64,000 nucleotides of DNA. Origin: Bacilli bacterium. Its GTDB lineage: Bacteria; Bacillota_I; Bacilli_A; RFN20; UBA1709. A model generated the notes under the pieces. That model did no database searches. It saw nothing but the letters and a program-made list of their open reading frames with translations, and was not told the DNA's origin. Location: the NCBI GenBank assembly GCA_034115825.1, contig JAXESU010000002.1, positions 538,233 through 602,232 of the forward strand, read 5' to 3'. The translations under genes were made by a program, and so were the position numbers. Shown here in pieces: positions 63,812 through 64,000 of the stretch (position 1 is the stretch's first letter; every line of letters begins with the position of its first letter).

Positions 63812-64000
63812 AAAAATGTTTAGCAAAAGGTGCTATTTTCCTTACATTGTTTTTAATGTACCTTCCAATTTTAGTATTGATTGTTTTTAGCTTTACAGAT
63901 TCAAAAAATATTGGCGTTTGGAATGGTTTTAGTTTTAATTTATACGTTTCTCTTTTTAAGAATAAGGAGATATTACAAGTCACTTTAAATACGATTATTG
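63805..64000 (+). CDS. potC: spermidine/putrescine ABC transporter permease PotC, N-terminal part (continues beyond the window)
   Basis: [30 protein letters not shown]...; overlaps the potB stop. Confidence 0.7.
   Translation, partial: MVKKCLAKGAIFLTLFLMYLPILVLIVFSFTDSKNIGVWNGFSFNLYVSLFKNKEILQVTLNTII

Noticed and set aside
1-64000. rRNA genes, CRISPR arrays, prophage structural genes
   Set aside because: No 16S/23S/5S-like conserved stretches, no regularly spaced direct repeats, and no capsid/terminase/portal-like ORFs were seen anywhere in the window.

Overview
This is an AT-rich chromosomal segment from a low-GC Firmicute that uses the standard genetic code (long TGG-containing ORFs). Gene content looks Bacilli/Erysipelotrichia-like: sufCDSUB, recX-yhaM, spx, rnj, rqcH, prsA-like, ppdK and a T-box trpS. 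Most of the window is housekeeping, in order: guaA 3-prime end; alaX-L; three TetR-controlled small redox/membrane operons; proC; a glpA-like trio plus an AGPS-like FAD oxidase; ppdK; recX-yhaM; the suf operon; htpG; tRNA-Ser(GGA); rluD-like; pgcA; trpS; spx; nadK; maf; rnj; adh; def; rsmD; rqcH; gmk; potABC. The clearly accessory part is about 6 kb (842-6790) immediately 3-prime of guaA. It carries (i) a 716-aa PHP-phosphoesterase fused to an OLD/ABC-type ATPase, translationally coupled to a 106-aa acidic ORF; I regard this as the best candidate for an uncharacterised anti-phage/defence module. It also carries (ii) 740 bp of non-coding DNA with a possible broken micro-ORF, (iii) a YcxB-like membrane protein, and (iv) a type-A chloramphenicol acetyltransferase coupled to an unusual GNAT + papain-fold (NAT/transglutaminase-like) fusion protein. 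Other points worth a second look: a near-consensus CIRCE operator on the htpG promoter; 13-15 bp TGAACA(A/T)TGTTCA operators for a TetR regulon; an orphan 538-aa alpha-helical protein with a GTG start, convergent with htpG; a 12-bp perfect inverted repeat bracketing a divergent promoter; and Spx with a Cys-rich C-terminal tail. No rRNA, CRISPR array, transposase or integrase is visible. All calls are from reading the sequence and ORF translations; no database search was possible.
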